Shown here one piece after another: positions 13,350-25,064 of a stretch of DNA of 64,000 bases. The stretch comes from Lingula anatina. Lineage: Eukaryota > Animalia > Brachiopoda. The notes under the pieces were generated by a model that saw only the letters and a list, made by a program, of their open reading frames with translations, was not told the DNA's origin and did not search any database. The first letter of the stretch is position 1; each line of letters starts with the position of its first letter. The translations under genes and the position numbers were made by a program. The stretch covers positions 10,044,001 to 10,108,000 of the forward strand of contig CM120643.1 of assembly GCA_051362555.1 (NCBI GenBank). Reading direction: 5' to 3'.

Positions 13350-16147
13350 CCTTTTTAACCAGTAGTCTGCCTTTAATTCCGCTATATGCGCTTTGACAAA
13401 ATACGTTAAGTTAACAGCCACCTACGCCACAAAGGCCTTAATGTCTGTCAGAGCGTGCACAATACATTTGTTCGCTTTATATTCTTTACTTGACCTAAAT
13501 CGTCATTCCATTTCAAATACGCTCAGGTAGGCTTATTTATAGTCACCAAAGTTCAAAGTGAGGGGCGTTGATCCAGTGAAGGACTCTGGAGTATATTCTC
13601 TTCTTCGGTGACACTAGTTGGCCGGTGAAGAGTGTCGTAGGCTACCAGCAGAAAGCGTCGACCTACATACATTGTACAACAAACAGCAGCGTGCCACACA
13701 TTTAAAACGACAGCGACTATCTGTTTCTGTACTTTAAGGAGCCACCACATTACAGCTACCTGTCAAACAGAACAGTGAACGTGCAGTCAAAAGACGCTTG
13801 TTTTTACACCTTGTAATAAACCTCCGATATAATATAATACCGGAGATCGCCTTGCAGGCCTTGTGACCTGTGTCTCTCAGACGTTTAACACGCATCTTAT
13901 CTAGCGTCTCGCGTTGATTAATAAAGTAGCCAACGACGGAGGTCGCGTCCCAGGCTGATAGTTAAGTAGTGACAGCCATAAAAGAGACAGAAACGCGCGA
14001 GTGTGTGGTCAGATGTTTCACGGACACACGGCATTAAGCACCGTGACATTAACGTGTGACACAGGGCGCGTGTGGCACGCAGTCTTAGTCACAAACGACG
14101 AGACAAGAGGCAGGTCGGTTGCTTCCAGGTAAAAACCGCACACAAATATAGGACCTTCAATGTCGTGATATCAGATGGGGGAATTTCAACTTTCTAAACA
14201 TGACGGATGATTCATATATATATATCTGCCGGCCATAGACTGATCAGTCAACTTTGTGGAATTCAAAATATTGTAGCAGCAGACATTGGAGTGTCACAAC
14301 ACACACAGGTAGACAGGTAAGCGGGTACGAATTAGAGAGATAGTCACTAAGTACGTGTACTAACACATAAAACGATAGACACCATTTATAAACGCCAGCT
14401 ACTTTCATTTCCGTAAGCCACCAGAACGGTAAAGATAGCGTCTCCCGTGTATTGCCGATGAGGTACAAGTAATCGTTTACAAGTGTGATATGGGACAAAA
14501 CAGCATGATATATTGTAAAAAAATGTACTCTATATCCAGTATTAACTCAGTGATATCCTCTAGTATGCTAGAGGGAGGGGGGTGCATGGGGGTGGGGCAC
14601 GCCACGAATCCAGACAAGCTTTGTATCAAAATTTAACATTCGGGAGATGGTCGTTTCTCTTCACTGTGTTTACGGGTTCTCTGCCAACCAGCAGTAAAAC
14701 TGAAACCAGGAATTTTGATTGTAATGCTTTCATAAACACAGCATGCTCACTCTGTTTCTACACATTACCTGTGATGGAGGAAAGAAAGTGTACGGATGCG
14801 GGTTTAAAGACTCCAATAATGTATTGCAACTAGTGGTGCGCGGTGACTAAGAAAGTGGATATCTCTTTCCTTGTGATAACGAAGAAGGAAAAGGGTACTG
14901 AAGATGAATGGGAAAGCTACGAATATTCGCTAACGGTCAGGATACTTGGTGACGCTGGAAGTCTGTTTATGAGACACAGGTATCGAGGCCATATAAACAT
15001 ACAATGTAACACCTCATTCGAGACTGATAATAACAATAGAATATATAGCATAGATACCTTGCACGCATTGCATCATATATTGTAAAATTGTCGAAGCACA
15101 TTAAGACAAATTACTAACATGAGATTTTCCCATAGGGGGGCAAAGGTCAATTAAACCCCATCGATTTTCCCAACAAATGTAGGCCCACTAAACATGACTA
15201 AACCCCAGTTTAGTGACATGCAAGATATGTCGATGTATTATTCTAAACGGACTTAGTGCGATGCGCCGCACAATAGTACATCCCGTTAATGTTATTGCTG
15301 CATTGAAGGTACTACCCACCAAGGGCGCTCAAGTGAACATCTGGCATATCCCCATATATTGTTGTCAGTCGTTGGTTATCGATCCGTTGTTCTGTATGTG
15401 ATTGTATCGCTCAGCCTGGTATTTGGAAACCTATTTGTAGGATTTGTCAGACTGGGGATTTCTCAGTTAAGCTAACCATACATTGTACTATACAAACCTT
15501 GAGTGGCATTTCTGGATAAATAATTTTTCTGAGACGAGTAATTTAATGTAATTCTGTAAATAAAGATCTCACAAGGGGGATTTAATGCTGTTGTTATCAT
15601 GTATTGTATGGGAAACGTGTTGGGATTTATCTGTCGAAATATTTTCTGCGTTTGATTATCACTTGGAGTTCTTTAAATTTTGAATGTTTTCGTGTTTATT
15701 ATAATATGCATTGAAAATGAATAGCCTTAGTTATAACGGCCATGATATACTGTATTTCTATTACTGACAATCTTTCTTTCTTGTATTTTAAATCGCTGAT
15801 GAACTGGGTCATTACACTGATTAAACGTAAACAAAATATTTAAAGAATATGAGCATAGAGTGGTATGATTGGTAGTCATGAGTTGAACTTTATCATAGAT
15901 AAGGGATGACTCAGTCACAGCTAAGAGTTTTTTTTTTTTTCATGTGAACCTATTTAAGGATTAAGTCTGTCTCTCAACGGACCTTAAAATTCCCAGGTGT
16001 ATAACTCTATATTCATTAACAATCCAGTATTTTCAGAGTAACCACTACAAAAATCAGCACCCCTTCGACGACCGAGTCTAATCAATCAAGCACCAGTACT
16101 TTGCCCCAGCCATAGAGTGTGTGATACTATACACCCTGTATACGAAG

Positions 16148-16965
16148 ATGACGGGGCAAAGCCACCGGTCACTGGGCTATAGCGTTCTATGGACAATCCT
16201 TGTCACATCAGTCAAAGCAGAAAGTCAGGTGAGGCTAAGCGTCGTGTTATTCTCAATATAATTTTATAATTTACGATGCCTGACTCTTGTACAAGTTGTT
16301 CTGGGTCTAGATATATGTATATATGGTCCTTATCCGATATACAAAGACACTATAAAGGGTAATAGCCCCAATATATTTAAAAATCGCCGTTGAAAAATTT
16401 CTCCTTGAAGTCTTTTATTGCCTTATTTCTCGTCGTATTGCACTGGAGGGCTTCACTTGAATGCATGAACTCGCGTCTCGCAATAAAAGGCGGGGTCATC
16501 ATATATAAGCCTACCTGTTAAAGACGCCTACCTGTGAAGGATTTGTTGTTGAAAAGACCCCCTTTTAAATTGCACTCAGGCCTGTTTCCGCTAAAAGGTG
16601 ATCTAGGTCTAATTTTTATTTAACGAGGAAGTATTTGAATAAGCAAGAAAAATAGATAAAGTATAGGGGCAACAGATGAGAGGTGTAGACTGAAGAAAGT
16701 CAGGCAGCCGTGCGTTTCGTCTACATTCATCATATACGAGTCAGTAGTTTATTTGATTATCTATCTGCTATGAGTTTTGCTTAACAACTGTTCATAGGGT
16801 GTTTTTTTTAGATATTGATTTTTTCGAGTTTTATCTGTACATAATTTCCTGTAAGTATATGTCACATGCAGAGTCCTATGTTATTCTTGTAATGTAATTT
16901 CACATTTAACGATATTCATATAAAATTTCAATAAAGTGAGAAATCATAATGTGTTTCTCCTACTC

Positions 16966-17042
<77 letters not shown>

Positions 17043-20000
17043 AACATTTTAATTTAAAAACAAAATCAAAACATTTTAACCATTTTAGACATGCCACGAC
17101 AAATTCAAGGTCTTTCCCGGACACACGGCTTGCTTGGAACCCTCTCAGGACGTCCACCTGGCGATTTCAGGTAGGTCTTGATTTCTTTTCAAACATTACG
17201 CAAAGCCGCAGTTTACGCTTAATAGTATCACAAACAGATGAATAATTTAGCCCATTTTACACTGGACGGCGTCCTCTCTGCGTCCCGTAGTACGGCACCG
17301 TTTGAAAGTAAAAAAATAATACTTTACATGCCGACAACTGACCGATCAATGGGCATTCATTTTGCAACCAAAGTGCTGCTTGTTCTTTCTTTCTACGACC
17401 ACAGCGATGCCAGTTTCATGGTCCCACAAAGGACGCAGAAAGAACGCCGTCCAGTGTAAGGGGTTTTAGGGAATGGTGGGATTGTAAGGAGAACGTTTAT
17501 AATCGCCGAAATCCTGCAACCACCTATATACGTTCCTATTTTCACCCTATACTATTTTTCTTTTGAGGTTCACGGTTTCTGTTGTTTTACTCCATCCAAT
17601 TTTACTTCCACTTATGTCAGCAAGTGACATTCAGAAATATTATAGTATAAAATATACTCTTGGGGACAAACTTATTACCCCGAGCTCTTTAAGGCACATG
17701 TGCGATATTTGCGGTATTTTAATATTTACTGTATTTCAAAATACAGTAGGCAGATATTTTGCCTGCATGTAGAATGCACTGAAAATTTGGCACGCTTTGC
17801 ATATGAAACTAGGGACAAGAAGACATATAATTATTGGAAAATCCATACTTTTTACTTTTTTTATCACATTATTGATTTTGATTATGATTTATTGTCTTCA
17901 CTTACAGGTGTGTCCTATTCAGAAAAGAGAGAGATAGTGAACCTACACAACGAGTTTCGCAGCAAAACTCGATACCTCGCAGCAAACATGCAAAAAATGG
18001 TACGTTTAGTCTGAGCAGTGAAATTTAAAAGTGGTATATAAATATTTTTGGTATAAGTACGTATTATAATGACTAAGACCCAAATTAACATGCATGATAT
18101 AGATTCTGAATCCTGAAGTATCACTCTGACGTAGGTGGATTAAACATCTGCAGGCCTAGGATTAGGCGTTTCCTAGCACGAGCCTCAGATTCCCGAGCGC
18201 AAACACCAATATTAACGAACCCCACCTCATATTAACAAGCACAACGTTAAGTTAACGAGCACTAATATATATATATATATCACCTATTGTTTTATCATCT
18301 AGTACTGGGATGATGAGGTGGCGTTGCTAGCACAGAGGTGGGCCGACACATGCCCCACATACAGTAACCCACATGAGGACGGCGTTCTAAGGAGCATTCC
18401 AGGTAGGAACTAAACCGTAATAACGCCTGGAAACCGAACTTGGGGATTAACTTCGAGATATTTTTATCGGGCCTAGGTGTATTGCTTTATAGTTCACTAA
18501 ACTTTCTGTCTAAAGAGATAAAATCATTCAATATTTTGTGGTAGAGGAGGGGGGATAGGGGGAGAGAGGAATATAGGTTATATAAATTTCCAGTTTTCAA
18601 AATACTGCACTCTACCATATTGATTATGTGCATTTTTCATCAGCGCTAGAGCAGAGAATCGTGTCATAAATAAGCCAGAGACATACCTGTAAATGTCTAG
18701 TGAAAAAAGTAAATCTGTGTCCCTGGCAGAGAGTACCAATTTGAAAATACTACCCTCTAACAGGGCCACAGATTGAATTTTCACTAAATATTCACAAATA
18801 TGTCTCTGGTTAAATTCACGGTTATTTTCTGTACTCGGCAAAAATGTCCACATAATAATAATAATTGCGGCCCTGGTAGAGGGTACCAAAATGCCATAAT
18901 TATGTTTCCCATGTTTTCCAGGTAGATTCAACCGCCTGGGCCAGAACGTGGCGTGGGGTTACACGTCTTGGAGTGGGGTGCTAAAAGCGTGGTGGGGCGA
19001 GTTGAAGGACTTCAAATACGGATTTGGTTCTATTAATGGAAAGGCCATCGGTCATTACACTCAGGTATAACCATCCAAAATGGATTATACTCATTAAAAA
19101 ATTATTTATTTATTGTCATGTTTATACAGTAAAAGAATAAAATGAAAATTAATATGATCTCTAGATAAGATTCAATAAAATAAAATGAAATCGATATGTT
19201 CATTAAAAATACGTGTTGCTGTTGGGTAAAAACTATTTTTGGCTCGTATGGAAGTTGCCTTTCTGATTTCTCAGTAATACTGATGTTCATATAATATGTC
19301 TAATTTGACTTAAACTCTAGAGTATTTTGTGCTTTTGATTTCATATGACACCCGCTGGACGTTTTGCTATATGTTTGTCAAACCATATGGTCATATGTCC
19401 TGCTTAAAATAGGGATAATTGAAAATTATTTGCTAAACCATCAAACACTACACCTATTTTAATACATGTTCACCGTATTTGTTTCAGATGGCATGGGCGA
19501 CGTCGGCAAAGATCGGATGCGGTTTTGCAATGTGCGGCGTTACAAGGACGTTTGTTTGTGATTATGCCCAAGTGTAAGTAAAGCTTTGCTTCTATGAAAA
19601 TTGGTACATAGTTAACGTTGGTACATAGTTAAAGTTTTTCTTATCTTTTAACTTATATTTTTCCTCTTTTTTACAATTTTGATAACACGCCAAAATTAAA
19701 AGTGATATGCTTGAGATACAGGAAAGAAAATAACGATCAAGAAGACGAAAGCTCCTATTCAAGGTTTCACTTGAAACATTGCACTGTCGCATCCAATCAA
19801 GGAAATGTGCAAAAGCTATCGATTTGATGTTTGTTGCACGCAGAAGTGAAGATCTGTACACGAAGTACATGTAGTAAATTACATTCTTTATCCTATCTGT
19901 CATTGATTTGAAAGAACGGTTCACGACATTCGTACCGTTTGGAATGAGTATTTCATATGAGATTTTGACCTAAAGATCGCTGTATTATTGCCGTGTAACG

Positions 20001-23000
20001 GTTAGCATGGCTGTCTTCCCATCAGTTAATCTGGTTTTGACTCCCGGTCCTAGTAGTAAAGCACAATAGAATTTTACCCTCTGCTACGGCGACAGATTGA
20101 TTTTTGACAAGATATTCACAGATATGTCTTAAAATAGACAGTCATTTGATTCTCTGGCTTTTAGAGAATTTGCCTATATCTGCCACCCTGGTAGAGGGCA
20201 GAAGAATTCATTTTGTGCGCCCCTTCCTTAAATATAATTACTCCATGGTTTAATAAGCGATGAGCAGTGTATTCAAATCAAAAACATTCAGCAATAATTG
20301 ACTATAAACAATTTCATTTAGTTAGGAACAGTAGACAAATAAGCAAAAATATTATTACCAATTAAACCTGTATGAACACTTGATGGCGTCAGGCGTGGAT
20401 GGTGTAACGGTTAGCATGGTTGCCTTCCAAGCAGTCGATCCGGGTTCGACTCCCGGTCCTCGCATTTTGCCAAAATTTAACCTGTTCAAACACCGGAAAT
20501 AAAATTTTTCAACACCTTCCCAAAATAATGACTCAATAGATTAATAAATGAAGACCAAATAATAAGAAGGCTATGCAGTCAAATAGTGATGTGCTTCTGT
20601 ATTGAAATGAGACAAAAACAAAATTCAATTAGGTTAGAACAGAAGAATATCATAGGCTATTAAGCGGGGACAGTTAAATGATTGAAATAGGAGTGGACAG
20701 CTAGTGTTAGACTCCCGGTCCTCGCAATAGTTTTTATTTCACACGTAAACATACCATATATTGTATGGTAAGAGGATCGAGTGCCCCTAACTTTTATGTA
20801 GATACCCGTACTATATCTTTGGCTTATTGCGGGGTTTCCCGATTGTTACACCTCAATGGCATTACAGTCAATCCAGAAACAGGCTTTTTTTTCTCTCAAA
20901 ATCACATATTTTCATGCGTCAACTTTGTCGAACCTAAATCTGGCAAAAAGATTGACGACGTATTGATTTAAGCCATTTTTATCACAATTATATCGATGTG
21001 TTAGTTCCTACAAATGACGATCATTTGCACCCATTAATAAAACGTTAGCTGCCAGGAAAGGGATGAGATTACCACCAAATTATCACAAGAAATTGTCGGG
21101 AAATAGCATATTTCCACTTCCTTCATATTATATATAAGCCAAACTATTTCTAATGCCAATATTAGTTACTTACAATGGAAATAAGAAATATTGGAGATTA
21201 GTTTCTATGACAATAATAAATTGATCAAGTGTATGAATATAAAAAAGGGATGAAATTCAGTTTGTTCTGTGCAATATGTATAAATAATAAATGACATAAG
21301 TCATCATTTCAAGTGTATGACTGTGAAAGCATTCATTTCCATAAGCCTTCTAGCTGTTTTAGCAGCTACAGAATCTGTTTAAAAATATTCAACCGATTAT
21401 GTAACAGCTAGAGGGACCTTTAGAAGGAGCGCGATATGAAAGCACGTTTTTATTTCTTACTTCTACATTACCAGTTTAAAAGCACCTTCGGTCAATTGTG
21501 TAACAGCTACAAATGTGGAAAGAACTGTGAAATCACGTATTAATTTCTGACTTTTATATTTCCAGAGGAAATATAGGAACGCCCTCTGACCCCAACGCCA
21601 GGTACAAACCGTATAGAGAGGGAAACAACAGGTGTGAAGCGTGTCCAGATAACTGTCAAAACGGGCTGTGTGGTGAGTTTTTTTTTTTCTGTCTTGAATC
21701 TTTCTGACTCATTTCTTATAATTCACACGTTTATTATTATAGCCTTTCATATCAATCTTTTAAGAACACAGAAATGGAGATGTCCAATTGTCGATTACGT
21801 ATTTATCAAATTACCAATACTTTACTAATACGAGAAAAAAGGTAATTCTAAGCTCGAAAAGTTTCCCTCAGCGTGTTCGAAACCGGTATATTTACTGTCC
21901 AAATTCACACAAGATTATAATATTTTCAAACTTTTGCATATACGGTAATTACTCGTTCTTTTCAAAGGGGAAATTTGCGAATTTTACGGAGATTATTTTT
22001 AAAGTCATACTTTCTTAAATTCATTCCACTGTATTAAAAAGCAGACAACAGTTCTGTTGTATGCAGTAAAAGCACCTTAAACGCTGTATAGGATTTTCTG
22101 TGATTATAAAATTATAAAATATAGTCTGATCATTTTTGCCCTTTGAGTCTAGTCATTACCGTCCCGTGCCCTTTTGAGTTCTTTATCAATTTTTTTCAAT
22201 ACGCATTCGAAAACAAAAAATATGGGTGGTTCTTGACATTTTTAACGTATGAGTCAAAGTGACACATACCTTGACTTAAGTAACCTCATTGCGTTCGATG
22301 CGGTGTGACAGGAATGGTAGTCCTTGGAATGGAAGTCTGGGCTCCCATATGATTAGTACAGGTTAGGGTTAGTTGGGGTATTGGGGTTAGACTATGGGAC
22401 GCATGTCACCTGAACTAACCTGTGTAACGAAGCTGGCCGATTTAACAAAATAGATAAAAAGGTGTGAATCGCCCAAACAAAGAAGCTTTTCAGGGCAAGT
22501 ATATGACAGTGTGATATTTTTCTGACCCGTAAAGAGTGCCTTTAATTTTCCCCTCGATGCCGATAGAATTACTAACTAATATAACAAAAGGAAAAAGGTA
22601 AAGATCGCCCGAACAGGGACTCGAACCCTGGACCCTCAGATAACTTGGTTATCCCTAAAAGTCTGATGCTCTACCGACTGAGCTATCCGGGCGCCGCTGA
22701 CGGTTGGGGTCGGTTGAAAAATCCGCTCACGCTCGACTAGGGTCGCATTCAGAACGGTCTCAACAAATGCATTTCATCCCTCATTCATGGATACAGAGCT
22801 TTGATAGCTTATAGTTTAACAATTTAATACAGGGGCGGATTTAGGCCGTCTTCTGGGTCTTCCGGAAGACGGTCAGATTTTAAAATTTACATTGACGGGT
22901 ATCTAATATTTTCTTATTTTATTAAATAACTACATCACGTTGGAACAGAAGGGTGGCATTACGGGGGTCGCAATCAATCAATCATCTTAATTTACATCAG

Positions 23001-23982
23001 GGAATTGTATCGCCTGCGATAAAGTTCCCTGTTTACATGAAATAATGACAATTTCTTTCAACATTTAGATTGCTTGGGAAAAGTATGTCATAACGGAGGG
23101 ACGTTGGACCTCAGCACATGTAAATGTTCGTGTCCCAGTACAGCCATGGGATTCTTTGGCGACCTCTGCGACCGTGAGTATGAATTTCGATTAACAAAAC
23201 TGAAAGGTGCGCAGTAAATGTTTTTTAGTTGTAAAATTTTTTTAAAAAAGATTTTCAAATTTTTAGATCAAAGTAGAAAACTGGAACATTGCCATTTTTA
23301 CTTAAAGAAAACTTCTCAGAGATATAACGTAGCATTTTCAGAAATATACATACTTGTATTTAAACAGTACAGTCTATGTCTTTTAAGAGACATCTAAGAT
23401 TTAGTTTTGTTATAGTAATGCCAAAGTTGATTTTTAAAAATTCATTTTATGTCTTAGTTAACTGTAGCCAGAGCAGAGATAATACTTACGCATGCGCCAC
23501 AACCGGCGGGCCGTTTACCAAGACAGATTGCAGGAACTTTGCAAATGTCGCAGAGTATTGCCCTAATATGTGTAACATTTGTCCAGGTACGATTCCAGAA
23601 TATTCAACCCAAACTACCTTTCAATTATATTTCTATATCTCTCTTCCTCGCGCACGTACACGCGTACACGCAGACACGCCTACATACTTTAATATGACTT
23701 AATGAATTGAGCAAAACATTACTTATTCAAATTTAATAGATTGACATATACATGTATATATTTATTATACATCTGATACATCTCTAAGCAATTGCAATTA
23801 ACCTTATATTTTATCTCGTTTTAGCTGGCGGAGTAGACTACAAAGGGGAAGACGGCGTATACAACATAGTGACAACACCGCCACCATCAACAGCTACAAC
23901 ATTGCAACTATGTATCTCAAACCTCTGCCTTACAATAATAGTCCCATACGTCTGCTATTACCTAAGTGTTTACATTACATAA
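16148..23982 (+). CDS. CAP/CRISP-family protein (signal peptide - CAP domain - hinge - EGF-like - ShKT-like - hydrophobic C-tail), 360 aa, 10 exons
   Basis: Exons 16148-16228, 17089-17170, 17908-17999, 18303-18402, 18922-19064, 19488-19573, 21566-21672, 23069-23173, 23458-23586, 23825-23982. All introns are GT-AG with compatible phases; 1083 nt total, no internal stop. CAP motifs: IVNLHNEFR, AANMQKMYWDDEVA..AQRWA, GQNVA, WWGE, GHYTQMAWATS.KIGCG, FVCDY..VGN. Hinge CEACPDNCQNGLC; EGF-like CHNGG...C.C.C...GDLC; ShK-like six-Cys domain ending CPNMCNIC. Signal peptide MTGQSHRSLGYSVLWTILVTSVKA. Exon 1 is the least certain. Confidence 0.9.
16970..17040. repeat. Compound (CT)n(GT)n microsatellite in CAP intron 1
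   Basis: Directly visible. Confidence 0.95.
18607..18735. mobile_element. CCCTCTACCAGGG-family MITE, degenerate, inverted relative to the adjacent copy
   Basis: Reverse complement of 18665-18735 (TACTCTCTGCCAGGGACACAGATTTAC...TATGTCTCTGG) matches 18751-18820. Confidence 0.6.
18751..18885. mobile_element. ~130-bp MITE with TA flanks, TIR CCCTCTACCAGGG
   Basis: TA-CCCTCTAACAGGGCC ... GGCCCTGGTAGAGGG-TA. Family copies at 20075, 29886 and 33685. Confidence 0.8.
19993..20051 (+). pseudogene. Degenerate tRNA-Gly(TCC) relic
   Basis: GTGTAACGGTTAGCATGGCTGTCTTCCCATCAGTTAATCTGGTTTTGACTCCCGGTCCT aligns to the intact Gly copies, with many substitutions and no acceptor 5' strand. Confidence 0.7.
20075..20200. 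mobile_element. CCCTCTACCAGGG-family MITE
   Basis: TACCCTCTGCTACGGCGACAGATTG ... ATCTGCCACCCTGGTAGAGGGCA. Internal sequence is close to the 33685 copy. Confidence 0.75.
20393..20464 (+). tRNA. trnG-TCC: tRNA-Gly(TCC), copy 1, inside CAP intron 6 (sense)
   Basis: GCGTGGATGGTGTAACGGTTAGCATGGTTGCCTTCCAAGCAGTCGATCCGGGTTCGACTCCCGGTCCTCGCA, 72 nt. Cloverleaf with loop CTTCCAA, intact A/B boxes, TTTT terminator immediately downstream. Confidence 0.92.
20691..20726 (+). pseudogene. tRNA-Gly fragment (3' T-arm/acceptor strand)
   Basis: GACTCCCGGTCCTCGCA is identical to the Gly 3' end; the rest is missing or degenerate. Confidence 0.55.
22288..22480. mobile_element. Non-autonomous repeat (Helentron/HINE-like, tentative) followed by a stub of the tRNA-Lys 3' end
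   Basis: 22288-22410 is homologous to 27722-27850 (GCGTTCGATGC...ACAGGAATG.TAGTCC..GGAATGGAAGTC...GGGTATTGGGGTTAGA.TATGGGACG). Ends in AAAAAGGTGTGAATCGCCCAAACA, which matches the Lys 3' end and flank. Confidence 0.55.
22606..22692 (-). tRNA. trnK-TTT: tRNA-Lys(TTT) with 14-nt intron, copy 1, inside CAP intron 7 (antisense)
   Basis: Minus strand GCCCGGATAGCTCAGTCGGTAGAGCATCAGACTTTTA[GGGATAACCAAGTT]ATCTGAGGGTCCAGGGTTCGAGTCCCTGTTCGGGCG. The exons are nearly identical to the conserved metazoan Lys-TTT, the intron is at the canonical 37/38 position, and a T5 run lies ~10 nt downstream. Confidence 0.93.
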
Positions 23983-24749
23983 TATGACACTAGTGCTAGT
24001 ATAGAATGTCATATTTTAGGCGACGTTATCCTCAATTAACATTCCTTGGAGTTTTATCTCTTTTCATATTTTTGATATTTTTTTCTATCTACTTTTGTCA
24101 AGAGAATTGACTTCCTTTATACTACGTCGTGTTGTCGAAAGGTTGTAGTATTACTGCCTTATATCAGACTGTTCGTTTGTGTTTAAGGCACTTGTTGAGA
24201 TAAAATACGGTCGATACAGATTGATGGGATTTTACATATTTAGTACTGAAGTGAATTCTTGCAAATGAGCCGAAATGAATGTCGACTTAATATAGATTGC
24301 GTTTCGAATATCTGCGAAGCGATCTAATTTTTTTAATCTTTCTCAATGTTTATTTCATTGGCTTTAATTGCAAGCAATGGCCAAACTATCTCTTATATCA
24401 ATATGCACTGCCTTAAAGATATGCATTTATTGCAAAATCAAGTAATATTTTGTCATTTTGGTATTTTATACTATGATTGGGAGAGTGGTTTTCTGGGATG
24501 TAAGTTTTCTTCAACTCAAACAATATGAAGCCAATTTTGTAAAATTTTACGAAAAATAATGGTCCCATTTATTAATCATACTTAACTTTTCTTTATCTTT
24601 CTTTTGAATGCTATGTACACGCACATGAAAATGACAAAATTTAATAATGGTCTATAAAAAATCTGAAAAGATGATTATCTTTGAAATAAATAAGATATGG
24701 CAACCAGTTGAAAGTGGGACATTGGCTTAAGTCCCATTAATTATATCAG

Positions 24750-24821
24750 GCGTGGATGGTGTAACGGTTAGCATGGTTGCCTTCCAAGCAGTCGATCCGG
24801 GTTCGACTCCCGGTCCTCGCA
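24750..24821 (+). tRNA. trnG-TCC: tRNA-Gly(TCC), copy 2
   Basis: Identical to 20393-20464, followed by TTTTG. Confidence 0.92.
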
Positions 24822-25017
24822 TTTTGCCAAAATTCAACCCGTGTTCAAACCCAACATATTTCGTATCATTAGGAACCAAATTATAAAAAATCGGTGACTC
24901 TATATTTTTAATCTTTCACATTCTGTGACAAAAACAAATTCCAGAATGAACAGAAGATTACAAAACATAATCGAATTTCTCATTAACCTAAAAACATCTA
25001 AAAAATTTTAAAATGGC

Positions 25018-25064
25018 ACGGTTAGCATAACTGCCTGTTAAGCAGTCGATTCGGGGTTGGATCC
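25018..25064 (+). pseudogene. tRNA-Gly-derived relic with anticodon loop CTGTTAA
   Basis: ACGGTTAGCATAACTGCCTGTTAAGCAGTCGATTCGGGGTTGGATCC. Anticodon stem intact; T arm and acceptor lost. Confidence 0.6.

Noticed and set aside
14013-14128. ATG-open segment with a GT donor as an alternative first CAP exon
   Set aside because: The phase 2 donor is incompatible with phase 0 exon 2, and it has no signal-peptide character.
16770-16850. ATG-initiated hydrophobic stretch in frame with CAP exon 2 but containing TAA, TAG and TAA (suggesting stop-codon reassignment or a decayed signal exon)
   Set aside because: A clean signal-peptide exon exists at 16148-16228, TAA and TAG terminate other genes in the window, and three stops are unremarkable in AT-rich DNA.
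22361-22390. Telomere-like GGTTAGGGTTAG
   Set aside because: Only about two units, embedded in an interspersed repeat also present at ~27800.
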